Source of the DNA: a virus
Lineage: Duplodnaviria > Caudoviricetes
Length of the DNA stretch: 59,830 nt
Strand: one strand, 5' to 3'
Virus record (IMG/VR): IMGVR_UViG_3300036987_000543
Span: 1 to 59,830 of that record
Both the position numbers and the translations under genes were made by a program. How positions within the stretch are numbered: the stretch's first letter is position 1; each line of letters starts with the position of its first letter. Shown piece by piece: positions 45,936 to 55,349 of this stretch. Under the pieces are notes generated by a model that searched no databases, was not told where the DNA came from, and was given only the letters and a program-made list of their open reading frames with translations.

Positions 45936-47587
45936 TGTTGTTCAGTTTTTTGGTTAAATAAGTCAGCTACCATGTTCACGATATCCTCCTCAACCTGTTC
46001 GGTAGCACCGGTAACCGTGGCAGCTATTTCACGTTTCGTTTGAATGATCCGGTAAATCTTCTCGTCAATAGTATCTTCCCCAAGGAAGTAGGTACATGTT
46101 ACACTGTCTTTCTGGCCAATACGGTGACACCTATCTTCACATTGATCACAGTCAGCAGCTGTCCATGGGAGCTCTACAAATGCAACCCTGGAACTGGCCG
46201 TTAAAGTCAAACCAACGCCAGCCGCTTTGATAGAGCAAATGATCAGTTTCGTCTCCGGGTCGTTCTGAAAGCTATCCACCGCCTGTTGGCGCTGTATGGT
46301 GTTGTCGTCTCCTGTAATCGTTACCGCAGCAGGATAGTGCTTGTGAATAGCCTGGATGACCTCTTTAAGGTGAGCGAACAAGACAAGCTTTTCACCAGAC
46401 TCCATGATATCATTCACAAACTCGAACACATCAGCAAGTTTTCCACGTGCAGAAATGTTCTTAAGAATTCCGATCAATACCATGACTTCACCACGCAGTG
46501 CCCGGGCAATCTTTTCATCATCGGCCTCTTTATACTTGATCAGGTATTTAATCAGGTTTGCTTCAGCTTCATTATACTCTCTCCGGGTACTTATCTGGCA
46601 AAGGACAACCTGCCGCATCTTTGCCGGAAGATCTTTAAGTACATCTTGCTTATCTCGTCTGTAGAAGCAGTTCAGGTTAAGCATATAGTTCAGTTCCCGG
46701 AGGTTTGAGGCTTCCTGTGGGCCGCTGCAATAGCGTTGTGTGAACCTCTGATATCCTCCGAACCTCGGCATCTGCTCAATGATACCTAACTGTGATATCA
46801 GGTCCTTTGGCTTATTGATAACCGGGGTACCAGTCAATGCAAGGATATATTCCTTTCCGGATGCTATGCCCTTGGTGAACTTTGTTTGCTGTGTGGCTGT
46901 AGACTTTACCCGGTGGCTTTCATCAATAATTACACTCTTGAAAATATTTGTCAGGTGCTCTTTAAACTTGACATGATTAAGCCTGAGTTTTGCTCCCTTT
47001 GGGACATTTATACTTTGAACGAAATACTTCTTAAGGCTTTCGTAGTTTACAATGAAAACCTGTGTAAGCCCGGCCTGGAAGTAAAGATGGAAGTTCTGTT
47101 TGATGTTATCATCAAGAATCATTGCCCTTTTGTGCGACCACATATGCCATTCCCTCTGCCAGTTTATCTTCAGAGATGAAGGTGCAATTACAAGGCTTGG
47201 GAATGCATCTGCGGCCACAACAGTTGCGATGGCCTGTGCAGTTTTACCTAACCCGGGCTGGTCTGCTATTATCAGTCTTTTCTTTTCAAGGGCATAAGCA
47301 ACACCTTGCGCCTGGTAGGGGAAAAGTCTAAGCTTTAGAGGTATCTCGATACTCAGACTTGGCAGAGGCGGTATATCGGCATACTTTTCTTCCTCAAGGC
47401 TGGTGGCTGTCTGAAACTTATACCGCCGGGCAAATGCCATAACCTCATCCTTTTCAGAAAGTGGCACCAGCCAGCATTTATTGACCGGGTCAAACCTTCT
47501 TTCCGGAAGGGCTTTGACAGCCTCTACCAGGTGCGGCATGTACCGGAACTGTATCCGGAAGTATTTACCTTGCTCAGTTATGGTCAT
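45932..47587 (-). CDS. SNF2-family helicase with N-terminal HARP-like domain (SMARCAL1-like)
   Basis: ADQPGLGKT, IIDESH, LTGTP, AGVGLTLT and QCEDRCHRIGQ; N-terminal F.Y...VKALP.RRFDP..KCW. Confidence 0.9.
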   Translation of the reverse strand: MTITEQGKYFRIQFRYMPHLVEAVKALPERRFDPVNKCWLVPLSEKDEVMAFARRYKFQTATSLEEEKYADIPPLPSLSIEIPLKLRLFPYQAQGVAYALEKKRLIIADQPGLGKTAQAIATVVAADAFPSLVIAPSSLKINWQREWHMWSHKRAMILDDNIKQNFHLYFQAGLTQVFIVNYESLKKYFVQSINVPKGAKLRLNHVKFKEHLTNIFKSVIIDESHRVKSTATQQTKFTKGIASGKEYILALTGTPVINKPKDLISQLGIIEQMPRFGGYQRFTQRYCSGPQEASNLRELNYMLNLNCFYRRDKQDVLKDLPAKMRQVVLCQISTRREYNEAEANLIKYLIKYKEADDEKIARALRGEVMVLIGILKNISARGKLADVFEFVNDIMESGEKLVLFAHLKEVIQAIHKHYPAAVTITGDDNTIQRQQAVDSFQNDPETKLIICSIKAAGVGLTLTASSRVAFVELPWTAADCDQCEDRCHRIGQKDSVTCTYFLGEDTIDEKIYRIIQTKREIAATVTGATEQVEEDIVNMVADLFNQKTEQQ

Positions 47588-47589
47588 GA

Positions 47590-47919
47590 TTAATTTTCTT
47601 CAAGGAATTCGTCAAATTCTCCTTTTGGCTGTGCAAGGGCTTTCTTGTTCTTTTCAATATAATCCCGAATATCCCAAGCCTGGATCGGTTTCACGTTGAC
47701 CTGTCCGGCGATGCTCTTTACCATTTCCTCAGTCATAGGGTTGATGGCGTAGATAGCGTTAACGTTTACTATTCGGGTGAAAGCCGGACTTTTTTCAGTC
47801 TCCGGAACATCAATACGCACCATTGCACCACCGGCAATAGTTTGTTCAGATACTTCACCGGCTATTCGGGTATGGCCAAATAGTTCGACCATTGCCCACG
47901 TTTTAAATTGTTCTGTCAT
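47590..47919 (-). CDS. Conserved phage hypothetical protein
   Basis: WAMVELFGH..IAG.VSEQ...RIDVP pattern. Confidence 0.7.
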   Translation of the reverse strand: MTEQFKTWAMVELFGHTRIAGEVSEQTIAGGAMVRIDVPETEKSPAFTRIVNVNAIYAINPMTEEMVKSIAGQVNVKPIQAWDIRDYIEKNKKALAQPKGEFDEFLEEN

Positions 47920-48119
47920 TTGAATTGAATCTTTAGTTGTTTATCCTGTTTAATTTCAAACTGATACTCTTTAATCAGGTTGATGGCTTCCGGGACAGTA
48001 ACAAGCTTCGCTATTTCATCAAATGCAAGCATTATCCTGTGCCGGTAGCCGTCCACCTGTATGCCCTTCTTCCGGGCCCGATAGGTTAAGTTATAGCGAC
48101 GTTTAGTTTTCGAGTCCAT
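47916..48119 (-). CDS. Hypothetical protein
   Basis: ORF packed within the early operon. Confidence 0.6.
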   Translation of the reverse strand: MDSKTKRRYNLTYRARKKGIQVDGYRHRIMLAFDEIAKLVTVPEAINLIKEYQFEIKQDKQLKIQFK

Positions 48120-48120
48120 T

Positions 48121-48375
48121 TTACTTAGTTAAGAACTTCGTTTTGGACGCTTCCATCATTACTCCACTCGATCCAGCTTCATCCTTTAAAAGTTTTAGGA
48201 ACTCGACCTCAACTTTTGCGCTGTCAATAATTGTTTTGGCAGTAGCCGTAATTGCTTTGGCTGTGTTGATGTCTATTTTTTCGCATGGGTCGGCATCTTT
48301 ATCAGTATTAGATTTCAAGCGTTCGATCACTTCAAACAGGTGATCACGTAATGCGGGTAAATCATTCTTTGCCAT
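48121..48375 (-). CDS. Conserved phage protein usually paired with an HNH gene
   Basis: LRDHLFEVIERL...AKAI...IIDSAKVEV pattern. Confidence 0.65.
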   Translation of the reverse strand: MAKNDLPALRDHLFEVIERLKSNTDKDADPCEKIDINTAKAITATAKTIIDSAKVEVEFLKLLKDEAGSSGVMMEASKTKFLTK

Positions 48376-49003
48376 AGTCTTTAATTGCTTTTTTGAGTTT
48401 ATTCATCGCCATAATGGCTTCCTGCAAGTCTTTTGGGTAATTGTGTCTGGTATTGCGAAGCATGTTCTCCTCGCGTGTTATGAGTTCAAGGTTCTCGATT
48501 CGGAAATTTGAGGTGTCTCCGTTTTTGAATGCAACAATTTTACCTTCCGGAACCGGGCCGTAATGCTGTTGCCAAATGTGCCTGTGAAGCAGGTCAAATT
48601 TTCCCTGAGCAATCCTGACGTGTGCGTATGGGCGGCCATGGGAATCAACCCTGACTGATATGTAACCATCGCACTTGGCGTTGTGCGGCAAATGACCTTT
48701 CTTGAACCAAGTAGCCTTTGATTTCTCTTTTATGTGCTCTGGCAACTTTTTGCCTTTATTTGCCGGGACATGGCCTTTGGGGAAACGATAAGGTTTGCCG
48801 ATATCAGCAAGCCTCTTGTTTAGCCGGCCAGATCTCTCACTCTGAAGAAAATCCTCAGACTTTTTCAAACCGAGCAAATAAGCCTGATTGTATACTGAAT
48901 GTATGGATACACCAAGAAACTCAGCTATTACAGCAGAGCTGATATGCGGATATCTGCTCTTGAGATACCTTAGATCTTCACCGGTCCAGGAGTGCCTTTT
49001 CAT
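48362..49003 (-). CDS. HNH endonuclease
   Basis: Two F.KGH.P.N repeats; LHRHIWQQHYGPVP...FKNGD...NFRIENLEL. Confidence 0.85.
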   Translation of the reverse strand: MKRHSWTGEDLRYLKSRYPHISSAVIAEFLGVSIHSVYNQAYLLGLKKSEDFLQSERSGRLNKRLADIGKPYRFPKGHVPANKGKKLPEHIKEKSKATWFKKGHLPHNAKCDGYISVRVDSHGRPYAHVRIAQGKFDLLHRHIWQQHYGPVPEGKIVAFKNGDTSNFRIENLELITREENMLRNTRHNYPKDLQEAIMAMNKLKKAIKDYGKE

Positions 49004-50697
49004 TGTTTGAGTTCAGCAATTTTCTGATCAATCTTCTCTTTGCGCTTGAGGTAAACTCCCTGATGCTTGAGCTCGATTTCTTTAACCCTCTCAGGGTATT
49101 TCTCAGTAGCGATGCTTATAAGTGATTTTGCTTCGCTCAGGTGGTAAACAGGAGAGCCTGTTTCGAGCCTGTTCTGCAGAAACGCGCGGAATAATCGGTT
49201 TATCTGATTGATATCAAGTTTGGATGCTATTTCTATCTTTTGCTTGTTATCAATGTAGCTTCCATTAGGATTGATTTCTTCTCTTAAGGGCACATATCCA
49301 ATATTTTCAAGAAGGAGGACATAAACTGCCTGCCATTCGGATTGTGAAAGGTTTTCCTCGATGTTGCTGTAGATGTTTTCTTCAAGCAGAGCTTTAGCAT
49401 CCAGATAAGTCTTTTCAAAAGCTAATTCGCCATTGCGTTTGTCTTTCTCCTGAAGCTCTTTTATCTGATCCTTAACAGCGATTTCAGAGCCGGTGGCATC
49501 GGCATGGTCTTGCTTCTCCTTTCTTATTTCGTAAAGCAGTATTTTGCCTTTCTCGTTACCAGTAGTCATAAAGACTTTGCGGAAGTTCCCGGAAGAGATT
49601 GAACTTTCAAATTCTGTGAGGTCTTTTTCATACTCTTCAACCTCTGAGTCGTAGTCGTAAAGAGCGATATTATAATCTTCATCATCTTCGTAGTCTTCTC
49701 TCAGAGGCTTTTGAGGAAGTTTAGGTTCATAGAGCCTTTGAAAACCATTTGACCAAGAAATATCGACTACTGGAACACCTGCGGATTTGAGAGCCTTTAC
49801 ATCTTTTTCCTCTTCGCCATAAACACCCGCATGTACACCAAGGATCACATCCGGTTCCTCGTCCTGTATGCGCCTCAGTTCCCTTTCAAAATGGATATCG
49901 CTTTTGTGTTTGAAGCAGGATCGGTCAAGGCACAGGCCGGTTTCGGGGGAATCTGGAAACAGCAATAGGTTGGAGGCCGTGTTTTTCGGGCAAGTTGTGC
50001 AAAGCCCGGCTTTCTTATCAAGGGTCAGATCATCAAGGGAAAAAGGAGCATCTGAAAGCTTCAGGGTGAACTCCCTTTCAATATCTCGTATAAGACCCCT
50101 TACAGACGGACATGTCCAATAGCTTGACCTTTCTTTAAAGTATTCTTCAAAGAATTCTTCCTGGTACTTTGATTCAAGCTTACTGATCTCAAGGGCATGT
50201 GTCAACCCAATGATTTCCTTTTCAAGTAAATCCCTGAATTCCGGAATCAGGTCATTGAGTTTAAGCCTGTGCCTGATATAGGAAGAAGATTTACCGAAAC
50301 GCAGACTCAGGCTTTCAATGTCGTATGTTCCCTTGTCAATCAAACTCTTGAATGCGAAAGCCTCTTCAAGGGGTTTCACGTCTTTTCTCTGAAGGTTCTC
50401 GGTGATCATCAGGTCGAAGGCTTCTTCATCTGTAAGCTCTCTGACAATGACCGGGACCTCTTGCAAATCTGCTATGACTGCTGCAGAAAGCCTACGTGAA
50501 CCGCAAATCACTTCATAGATTGGAATGGTTTTCTTTTTGACCTGTGTGTTCAGCCTGGCAATGATAGGCTGAAGAATGCCCATTTGTTTAATGCTCTCGG
50601 CAAGTTCATCAATCCCATGCTGGTCAAAGGTCTTGCGTGGGTTCATGGAGCTGTCATGCAGCTGGTTAAGTTTAATGTACTGGATTTGTTGTTGCAT
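49000..50697 (-). CDS. ParB/RepB/Spo0J family protein
   Basis: NPRKTFD...ELAESIK..GILQPI, ICGSRR, ENLQRKDV.PLEEA and an HTH. Confidence 0.9.
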   Translation of the reverse strand: MQQQIQYIKLNQLHDSSMNPRKTFDQHGIDELAESIKQMGILQPIIARLNTQVKKKTIPIYEVICGSRRLSAAVIADLQEVPVIVRELTDEEAFDLMITENLQRKDVKPLEEAFAFKSLIDKGTYDIESLSLRFGKSSSYIRHRLKLNDLIPEFRDLLEKEIIGLTHALEISKLESKYQEEFFEEYFKERSSYWTCPSVRGLIRDIEREFTLKLSDAPFSLDDLTLDKKAGLCTTCPKNTASNLLLFPDSPETGLCLDRSCFKHKSDIHFERELRRIQDEEPDVILGVHAGVYGEEEKDVKALKSAGVPVVDISWSNGFQRLYEPKLPQKPLREDYEDDEDYNIALYDYDSEVEEYEKDLTEFESSISSGNFRKVFMTTGNEKGKILLYEIRKEKQDHADATGSEIAVKDQIKELQEKDKRNGELAFEKTYLDAKALLEENIYSNIEENLSQSEWQAVYVLLLENIGYVPLREEINPNGSYIDNKQKIEIASKLDINQINRLFRAFLQNRLETGSPVYHLSEAKSLISIATEKYPERVKEIELKHQGVYLKRKEKIDQKIAELKQ

Positions 50698-50724
50698 TGT
50701 TTATAGATTTATTGGTTAAAAAGG

Positions 50725-50800
50725 TGGGGGACAAGGCAGGAATCGAACCTGCAACCATGCCTTTGTGGGGCACCGCTCTACCATTGAGCATTACCTGTCC
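50725..50800 (-). tRNA. Non-canonical phage tRNA / tRNA-like RNA, anticodon ACA, encoded CCA
   Basis: Folds as GGACAGG-TAAT-GCTC-AATGGTA-GAGC-G-GTGCC-CCACAAA-GGCAT-GGTT-GCAGG-TTCGATT-CCTGC-CTTGTCC-C-CCA; intergenic between two minus-strand genes. Confidence 0.8.
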
Positions 50801-50811
50801 TGTGATCATTG

Positions 50812-51342
50812 TCATGCTGCTTCAACTTCTTCTGCCTTTTCCTCGTCAAATGGAAGCTCCAGCTGCTTTATCAGGTACTTGCCCTCGAGATAGAGTTCAA
50901 CTTCGTAAATGCAGGCCTGGACATCATTGTACAGGTCGCTTTCAAATTCGTAAGGTGCGTGTTCATCGGTGAATTTTGTGAAGGGGGAAACGAGGTTTAA
51001 AACCTTACCGGATTCAAACTTCCGGGCACCAATAATCACCACTCCTTCATGTTCTTCCTCTCCACCGATAGAGATACCTTTTACCTCGTAATCATCAAGG
51101 ATGCTCAGATCGTAGTTCTCGATGCTCCCATCAGTAATAGTATCAGCTTTCCGGAGATCACAGATCTTAACCAGATGAACCTTCATTCTGTCAAACCTGG
51201 CGAGAAGGTCGTCATGCACAAGACCTGTGCATTTCAGAACAACTTCGTTTGTGACTGGTCCGTTGTCGGTGTGGATGGTTTCGGTAAGCTCGACTTCGAG
51301 GCTTCTTCCTTTGATTTTAGCTTTTTTGATTCGCTTTTCCAT
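50812..51342 (-). CDS. Conserved Bacteroidetes phage hypothetical protein
   Basis: Acidic ORF with VHDDL...GKVLNLVSPF...EVELYLEGK pattern. Confidence 0.7.
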   Translation of the reverse strand: MEKRIKKAKIKGRSLEVELTETIHTDNGPVTNEVVLKCTGLVHDDLLARFDRMKVHLVKICDLRKADTITDGSIENYDLSILDDYEVKGISIGGEEEHEGVVIIGARKFESGKVLNLVSPFTKFTDEHAPYEFESDLYNDVQACIYEVELYLEGKYLIKQLELPFDEEKAEEVEAA

Positions 51343-51506
51343 ATTTCAACTTTTTTTCCTGTGACTAATTCGTATTCATTGAGTGAATGCTGTGCTGCAT
51401 GAGTAACCGCTGAGTATGTGGGACCCCGTGCCCGGAGCAGGTTGACCTCAAGGAACTTTTCCTCGTCCATGATCACCACACATTGATTTAGCCTGATCAT
51501 GATCAT
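51234..51506 (-). CDS. Hypothetical protein
   Basis: 4-nt overlap with the upstream stop and fills the gap, but overlaps the downstream gene by 109 nt. Confidence 0.45.
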   Translation of the reverse strand: MIMIRLNQCVVIMDEEKFLEVNLLRARGPTYSAVTHAAQHSLNEYELVTGKKVEIWKSESKKLKSKEEASKSSLPKPSTPTTDQSQTKLF

Positions 51507-51970
51507 GGTAGTTTGATGGTAAGGAATTCAGAGGTTGAAGTATGAGGCGGGTTGATGACTTCCCCGGTTTCTGTGTCCGCAATACCCATCCCTGGCTTGA
51601 TGTTTTTGAGGAAGTTTTCACGCTCCTTCAACTGTTCCGCTACGGACTGTTTTTGAGTGTTAAGTTTTTCCCAAACAGAGTCGCTGCATTGGGTGAAGTC
51701 GTAGGATGTGCGCTGAGTCTTTGTGACTGAGCAGCCAAACACCTTGAATGTTTTCTCTGTGTACTTTTCAGCCTCGGCCTGAATTGCTTCCTTTACATCA
51801 GGATGCTTGCGGATGGCGTTAACGGTTTCTTCCAGGTTCTTGAGCATGATCTCAAGTTGCAAGGGGTTACGCTCTCCTGACGTGATTTCGTCAACACACA
51901 TCTGGACGAATGTCTCCCTTTCGGCTTTTGTGGCCGGTAGATAAGTGAATTGTGCTATTGCTGTTTCCAT
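51503..51970 (-). CDS. Hypothetical phage protein
   Basis: Clean ORF with a DTETGEVINPP motif. Confidence 0.7.
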   Translation of the reverse strand: METAIAQFTYLPATKAERETFVQMCVDEITSGERNPLQLEIMLKNLEETVNAIRKHPDVKEAIQAEAEKYTEKTFKVFGCSVTKTQRTSYDFTQCSDSVWEKLNTQKQSVAEQLKERENFLKNIKPGMGIADTETGEVINPPHTSTSEFLTIKLP

Positions 51971-51974
51971 GGTT

Positions 51975-52541
51975 TTAAGATTTTACGATTTGATAAATGT
52001 TTCGGGTTAACTCGATGTCATAAGAGGCATCATGGAGCTTAGTCTGGTCAATATGGCCAAGCAGGTAAGTAGCTACTGTCATTAGCTTGAAGTTGATCAT
52101 GTCCGGCCTTTGCTCAATGAGATACTGAGTTGCCAGTACCATTACATCAATTGAGTTCGACCAGAACCATGAACCAAAGAACTTGTCATTGTTGCGAATG
52201 AAGAATGCTCTCAGGAAGTCGTTATCAAAATGAGCATTGTTCCATCCGGCAAGAAAGGCTTTGTCAAGGTTATTGAACTTCTCGATGTGCTTTGAAAGCA
52301 TGAAGATGAAAGCCCTATAGACCTCAGCTTCTGAAGGGTATTGCCTGATCTGTTCAATTGACTTGCCTGATATTTTCAGTGCATCAGGGTCAATGACAAG
52401 GTGAGGGGCGGGGTTGATGTTGAAGTCGAAGGTTTCTTTTACTTCACCATCAATTTCAATGAGTCCGGACAGCTGATGAATTCCATGAATTTTGCTGTCA
52501 AGTCCGGTCGTTTCAACGTCGAAGAATAGGATTTTTGTCAT
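51975..52541 (-). CDS. DEDDh 3'-5' exonuclease (DnaQ-like)
   Basis: FFDVETTG, AGWNNAHFD and HDASYDI. Confidence 0.9.
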   Translation of the reverse strand: MTKILFFDVETTGLDSKIHGIHQLSGLIEIDGEVKETFDFNINPAPHLVIDPDALKISGKSIEQIRQYPSEAEVYRAFIFMLSKHIEKFNNLDKAFLAGWNNAHFDNDFLRAFFIRNNDKFFGSWFWSNSIDVMVLATQYLIEQRPDMINFKLMTVATYLLGHIDQTKLHDASYDIELTRNIYQIVKS

Positions 52542-52552
52542 GTCTATAGTTC

Positions 52553-52864
52553 TTATAGTGATTCAAATTCCTTTTCCAGTTTCTTGATTTCCTTTTCGAA
52601 AATCCTCTTGATTCTCATTGCGCAATCAACGAGTTCTTCGACTACTTTTTCTCTGAGTTCAACTGGGATGTTGGTGTTCCCTGTTCCATAAGAATCGTTA
52701 TAGTAATCAGACTTACCATCCTTTGGTTTTGCCTGTAACTCCATTTTAATAGAGCCGAGAGTGTATCTTTCATCATCAATCGCCTCTGCTGCATTAATTC
52801 TTGATCGGTAATCGTTAATGGTTCTGTCGAGTTCACGACCTTTTTCTAACTGTTCTTTTTTCAT
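52553..52864 (-). CDS. Hypothetical protein
   Basis: ORF overlapping the upstream gene by 4 nt. Confidence 0.6.
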   Translation of the reverse strand: MKKEQLEKGRELDRTINDYRSRINAAEAIDDERYTLGSIKMELQAKPKDGKSDYYNDSYGTGNTNIPVELREKVVEELVDCAMRIKRIFEKEIKKLEKEFESL

Positions 52865-53511
52865 GATACTTTAGTTAATAGGTGTGTGTAATTCTTGATT
52901 GTCATAAACTTAGCAAACTCCTCAGCGATGTTCTGAACATCATCAGGGAGCTTGTCATAGCGTAGGCATGGGAAAGGTTCGTGAGGAATGATCTGCCCTT
53001 CAAAGCGGCCGGAAGGGTCTGTGCCTTTATATCCACGAACTTCAAACACATCGTACCAGAAAGACTGGGCGCCAAACATATCCAGGTAGAATTTCCACTG
53101 GCATGAAGAGTAATACTCTCCCCATCCCGGGTAGCTGAACTTAGTTTTGGCATCCCTTATCTGAATGCCTTCGATACCATCTGCCCGGCCAGTAACCAAC
53201 AATTCTAAATGTCTTGTCTGGTAAACTTTCTTTGTCGGTACTTCATGAATCATCTGTGGGTGTGCATTGCGATAGTCTATCGCTGGTTGCGCCTGCTCAG
53301 GTGTAAAGGTTATTCCCTCAACGGTAAGTGAACCATTGAGTTCGTAAGGTAATTCGATGATCTTGTGAAAGGCTTGCCCTAACCGGGTTTTGTCGTTGCC
53401 GACAAATTTCCCGGTTATGCTTTCAATGAGGGCAGCCTCAGTATCATAATCACTGACATTGTCCACCATCCGGCGGAACTTCTCCAGTATGGAAACTGAT
53501 ACCCGGTACAT
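52861..53511 (-). CDS. PD-(D/E)xK exonuclease, recombination partner
   Basis: LGQAFH, TGRADG...IRDAKT and QWKFY; follows the Sak4-like ATPase. Confidence 0.7.
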   Translation of the reverse strand: MYRVSVSILEKFRRMVDNVSDYDTEAALIESITGKFVGNDKTRLGQAFHKIIELPYELNGSLTVEGITFTPEQAQPAIDYRNAHPQMIHEVPTKKVYQTRHLELLVTGRADGIEGIQIRDAKTKFSYPGWGEYYSSCQWKFYLDMFGAQSFWYDVFEVRGYKGTDPSGRFEGQIIPHEPFPCLRYDKLPDDVQNIAEEFAKFMTIKNYTHLLTKVS

Positions 53512-53513
53512 AG

Positions 53514-54458
53514 CTACACAATTGAGGTTTGACCAGATTGTGTTTGAACAGCAGGAGCAGGGGCCAATGGCTTTTCAAAAGCCTTTGAGGTTTTGTTGAC
53601 CACAAACCCAAGTTCTTTGGCTCTGTCGGAAACAAGTTTTCTTAAGGCCTGACTGTAGGAAACAGGCAGTTCATTGATCACAGCAAGAAGTCCGGTCAAA
53701 TCATCCGGCTCAGTCACCTTTGAAATCTTCTCCTGATAGGTGGCAACTTTTTCAAGTGCTTCCCTCTGTGCTTCGCTCATTTGACTTATAGCCTCCTTCA
53801 CATTCTCAATTATGTGGGCCATAAATGTCCTGAAAGCAGGGTCAGTTTCGTTCGGAATCTCCGTTACCGGAAGCCTGGCTACATTCTTTCCGATTGTGCT
53901 GTCAGTTGGCTCCCACTGGATGGAGCGTTTGTTGTTGATCGTGCGCATGTAACCTACCTGGTCAGCAATTCTGAGCAAGACATTGTAAGATTGACCGGTG
54001 ACATCCGGAATCTTTTTGATGGTATCACCTTCCTTTTCATCTTTCGCGTGTGCGATGATAACAAGGTCTGCATTCTCGCTCCGGCGGTTGGAAACAAACA
54101 GCTTGAACTCGTCACCAATAGCACCGTAGGCTTTCAGTTTGTTCTTTGCTGCAGAATAATCCTGCTTCACAACATACGACATCAGGAAGTCATCCAGAGC
54201 TGCCTTTGCCGTGTCGATTCCAACTGTGTTGTATAGGCTGAATGTACCGGCACTTTCTTCCGACTGAACATCTTCCCATCTGTGGACAATCAAGGTGTCC
54301 TGGCGGTTGATTGATCTGTCAACCCCGCGGTCAAAATCAATCAACAGGGGTTGATCACTTGTGTTAAACAGGCTCGTTTTACCGATGCCCGGCTCACCAT
54401 ACACGACGATAACTACCGGTCGTTTTGGGAGGCTTTCTTCTTTTTTAAGAATTGGCAT
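53514..54458 (-). CDS. AAA_24 / Sak4-like recombination ATPase
   Basis: YGEPGIGKTS, LLIDFDRG, GIDT and IIAH. Confidence 0.82.
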   Translation of the reverse strand: MPILKKEESLPKRPVVIVVYGEPGIGKTSLFNTSDQPLLIDFDRGVDRSINRQDTLIVHRWEDVQSEESAGTFSLYNTVGIDTAKAALDDFLMSYVVKQDYSAAKNKLKAYGAIGDEFKLFVSNRRSENADLVIIAHAKDEKEGDTIKKIPDVTGQSYNVLLRIADQVGYMRTINNKRSIQWEPTDSTIGKNVARLPVTEIPNETDPAFRTFMAHIIENVKEAISQMSEAQREALEKVATYQEKISKVTEPDDLTGLLAVINELPVSYSQALRKLVSDRAKELGFVVNKTSKAFEKPLAPAPAVQTQSGQTSIV

Positions 54459-54505
54459 TGTTTGAATTATTAGGGTGTGAATAACTTTTGATTGACAAAT
54501 GCTTT

Positions 54506-54778
54506 TTAGGCATGTACCTTTGCCCCGGCATTGTTTAGGATTAGCTCACCCTCCGGGGTGGGCTTTTCTGTTTTAGGGTCATAATGAAGGTGCTTGATTA
54601 CAAGCTGACGTGTCGTCTCACGTGGTTCGTGCACGTAGTTACCGTCATTCATTGAGCACCTGTAGGCCAAATAATTGTAAAGGGCTCTGAGCTCTCGGTC
54701 AGAATCGATCTGATCTGTGGTGAATGTGTCACAGAATTCCTTGTAAAGGATCCTGCATGTTTTTGGGCATTGTTTCAT
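54506..54778 (-). CDS. Hypothetical protein
   Basis: ORF in the early operon. Confidence 0.55.
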   Translation of the reverse strand: MKQCPKTCRILYKEFCDTFTTDQIDSDRELRALYNYLAYRCSMNDGNYVHEPRETTRQLVIKHLHYDPKTEKPTPEGELILNNAGAKVHA

Positions 54779-54783
54779 GGGTT

Positions 54784-55086
54784 TTAGGATTTATTGGGTT
54801 GGGTTTTTACTTTGTTCTTGAAAAGGGCACTCGCGCGGAAAACAGGGATGCTGTGGGCCGGGATGTGAACAGATTCGCCACGGTTTAGGTCCCGACCTGT
54901 CTTACTGCGCCTCCAGACGGTTTCAAAAGTTCCGAAACCATTGATCTTAACAATATGGCCTTTAGTGACCTGTCGCATGATAACTTCACACGTTGCGCTG
55001 ATAACTGATTCAGAATCCCTCTTTGGAATCCTGGTTATGCAGCTTACAATTCCTGCTAATTGTTTTCTGCTGATTGCTTTTTTCAT
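54784..55086 (-). CDS. HU/IHF-like DNA-binding protein
   Basis: VKINGFGTFE...GRDLNRGESVHIPA..PVFRAS. Confidence 0.88.
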   Translation of the reverse strand: MKKAISRKQLAGIVSCITRIPKRDSESVISATCEVIMRQVTKGHIVKINGFGTFETVWRRSKTGRDLNRGESVHIPAHSIPVFRASALFKNKVKTQPNKS

Positions 55087-55349
55087 TTGGTAAGTTTTTC
55101 TGCTGAATAAATTGATTCGAGTTCTGCTAGGGAGTAGGTTGCCTTATGATTGCTTAAGCCAACCTTTATTCTTTTTATCCTGCCCAGATGCTTCCATTTC
55201 TTCACGTTCGCTTCACCAAAACGCCTGTAGGCTTCACGCTGGCTTATTTCATCCTTTCCGGACAAGCCAACTTTTTTCAAGGCATTGAGTGCTCCAAGTT
55301 CTGCAGCGGCCTGAAGCATCTGATGAAGTTTATGTGCTTCAATTTCCAT
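55083..55349 (-). CDS. Small DNA-binding protein, possible excisionase
   Basis: ISQREAYRRFGEANVKKW winged-helix-like motif; early position. Confidence 0.5.
   Translation of the reverse strand: MEIEAHKLHQMLQAAAELGALNALKKVGLSGKDEISQREAYRRFGEANVKKWKHLGRIKRIKVGLSNHKATYSLAELESIYSAEKLTK

Noticed and set aside
50697-51000. Plus-strand ORFs 50697..50972 and 50809..51000
   Set aside because: AGIEPAT is the antisense reading of the tRNA T arm; the remainder is antisense to a real gene.
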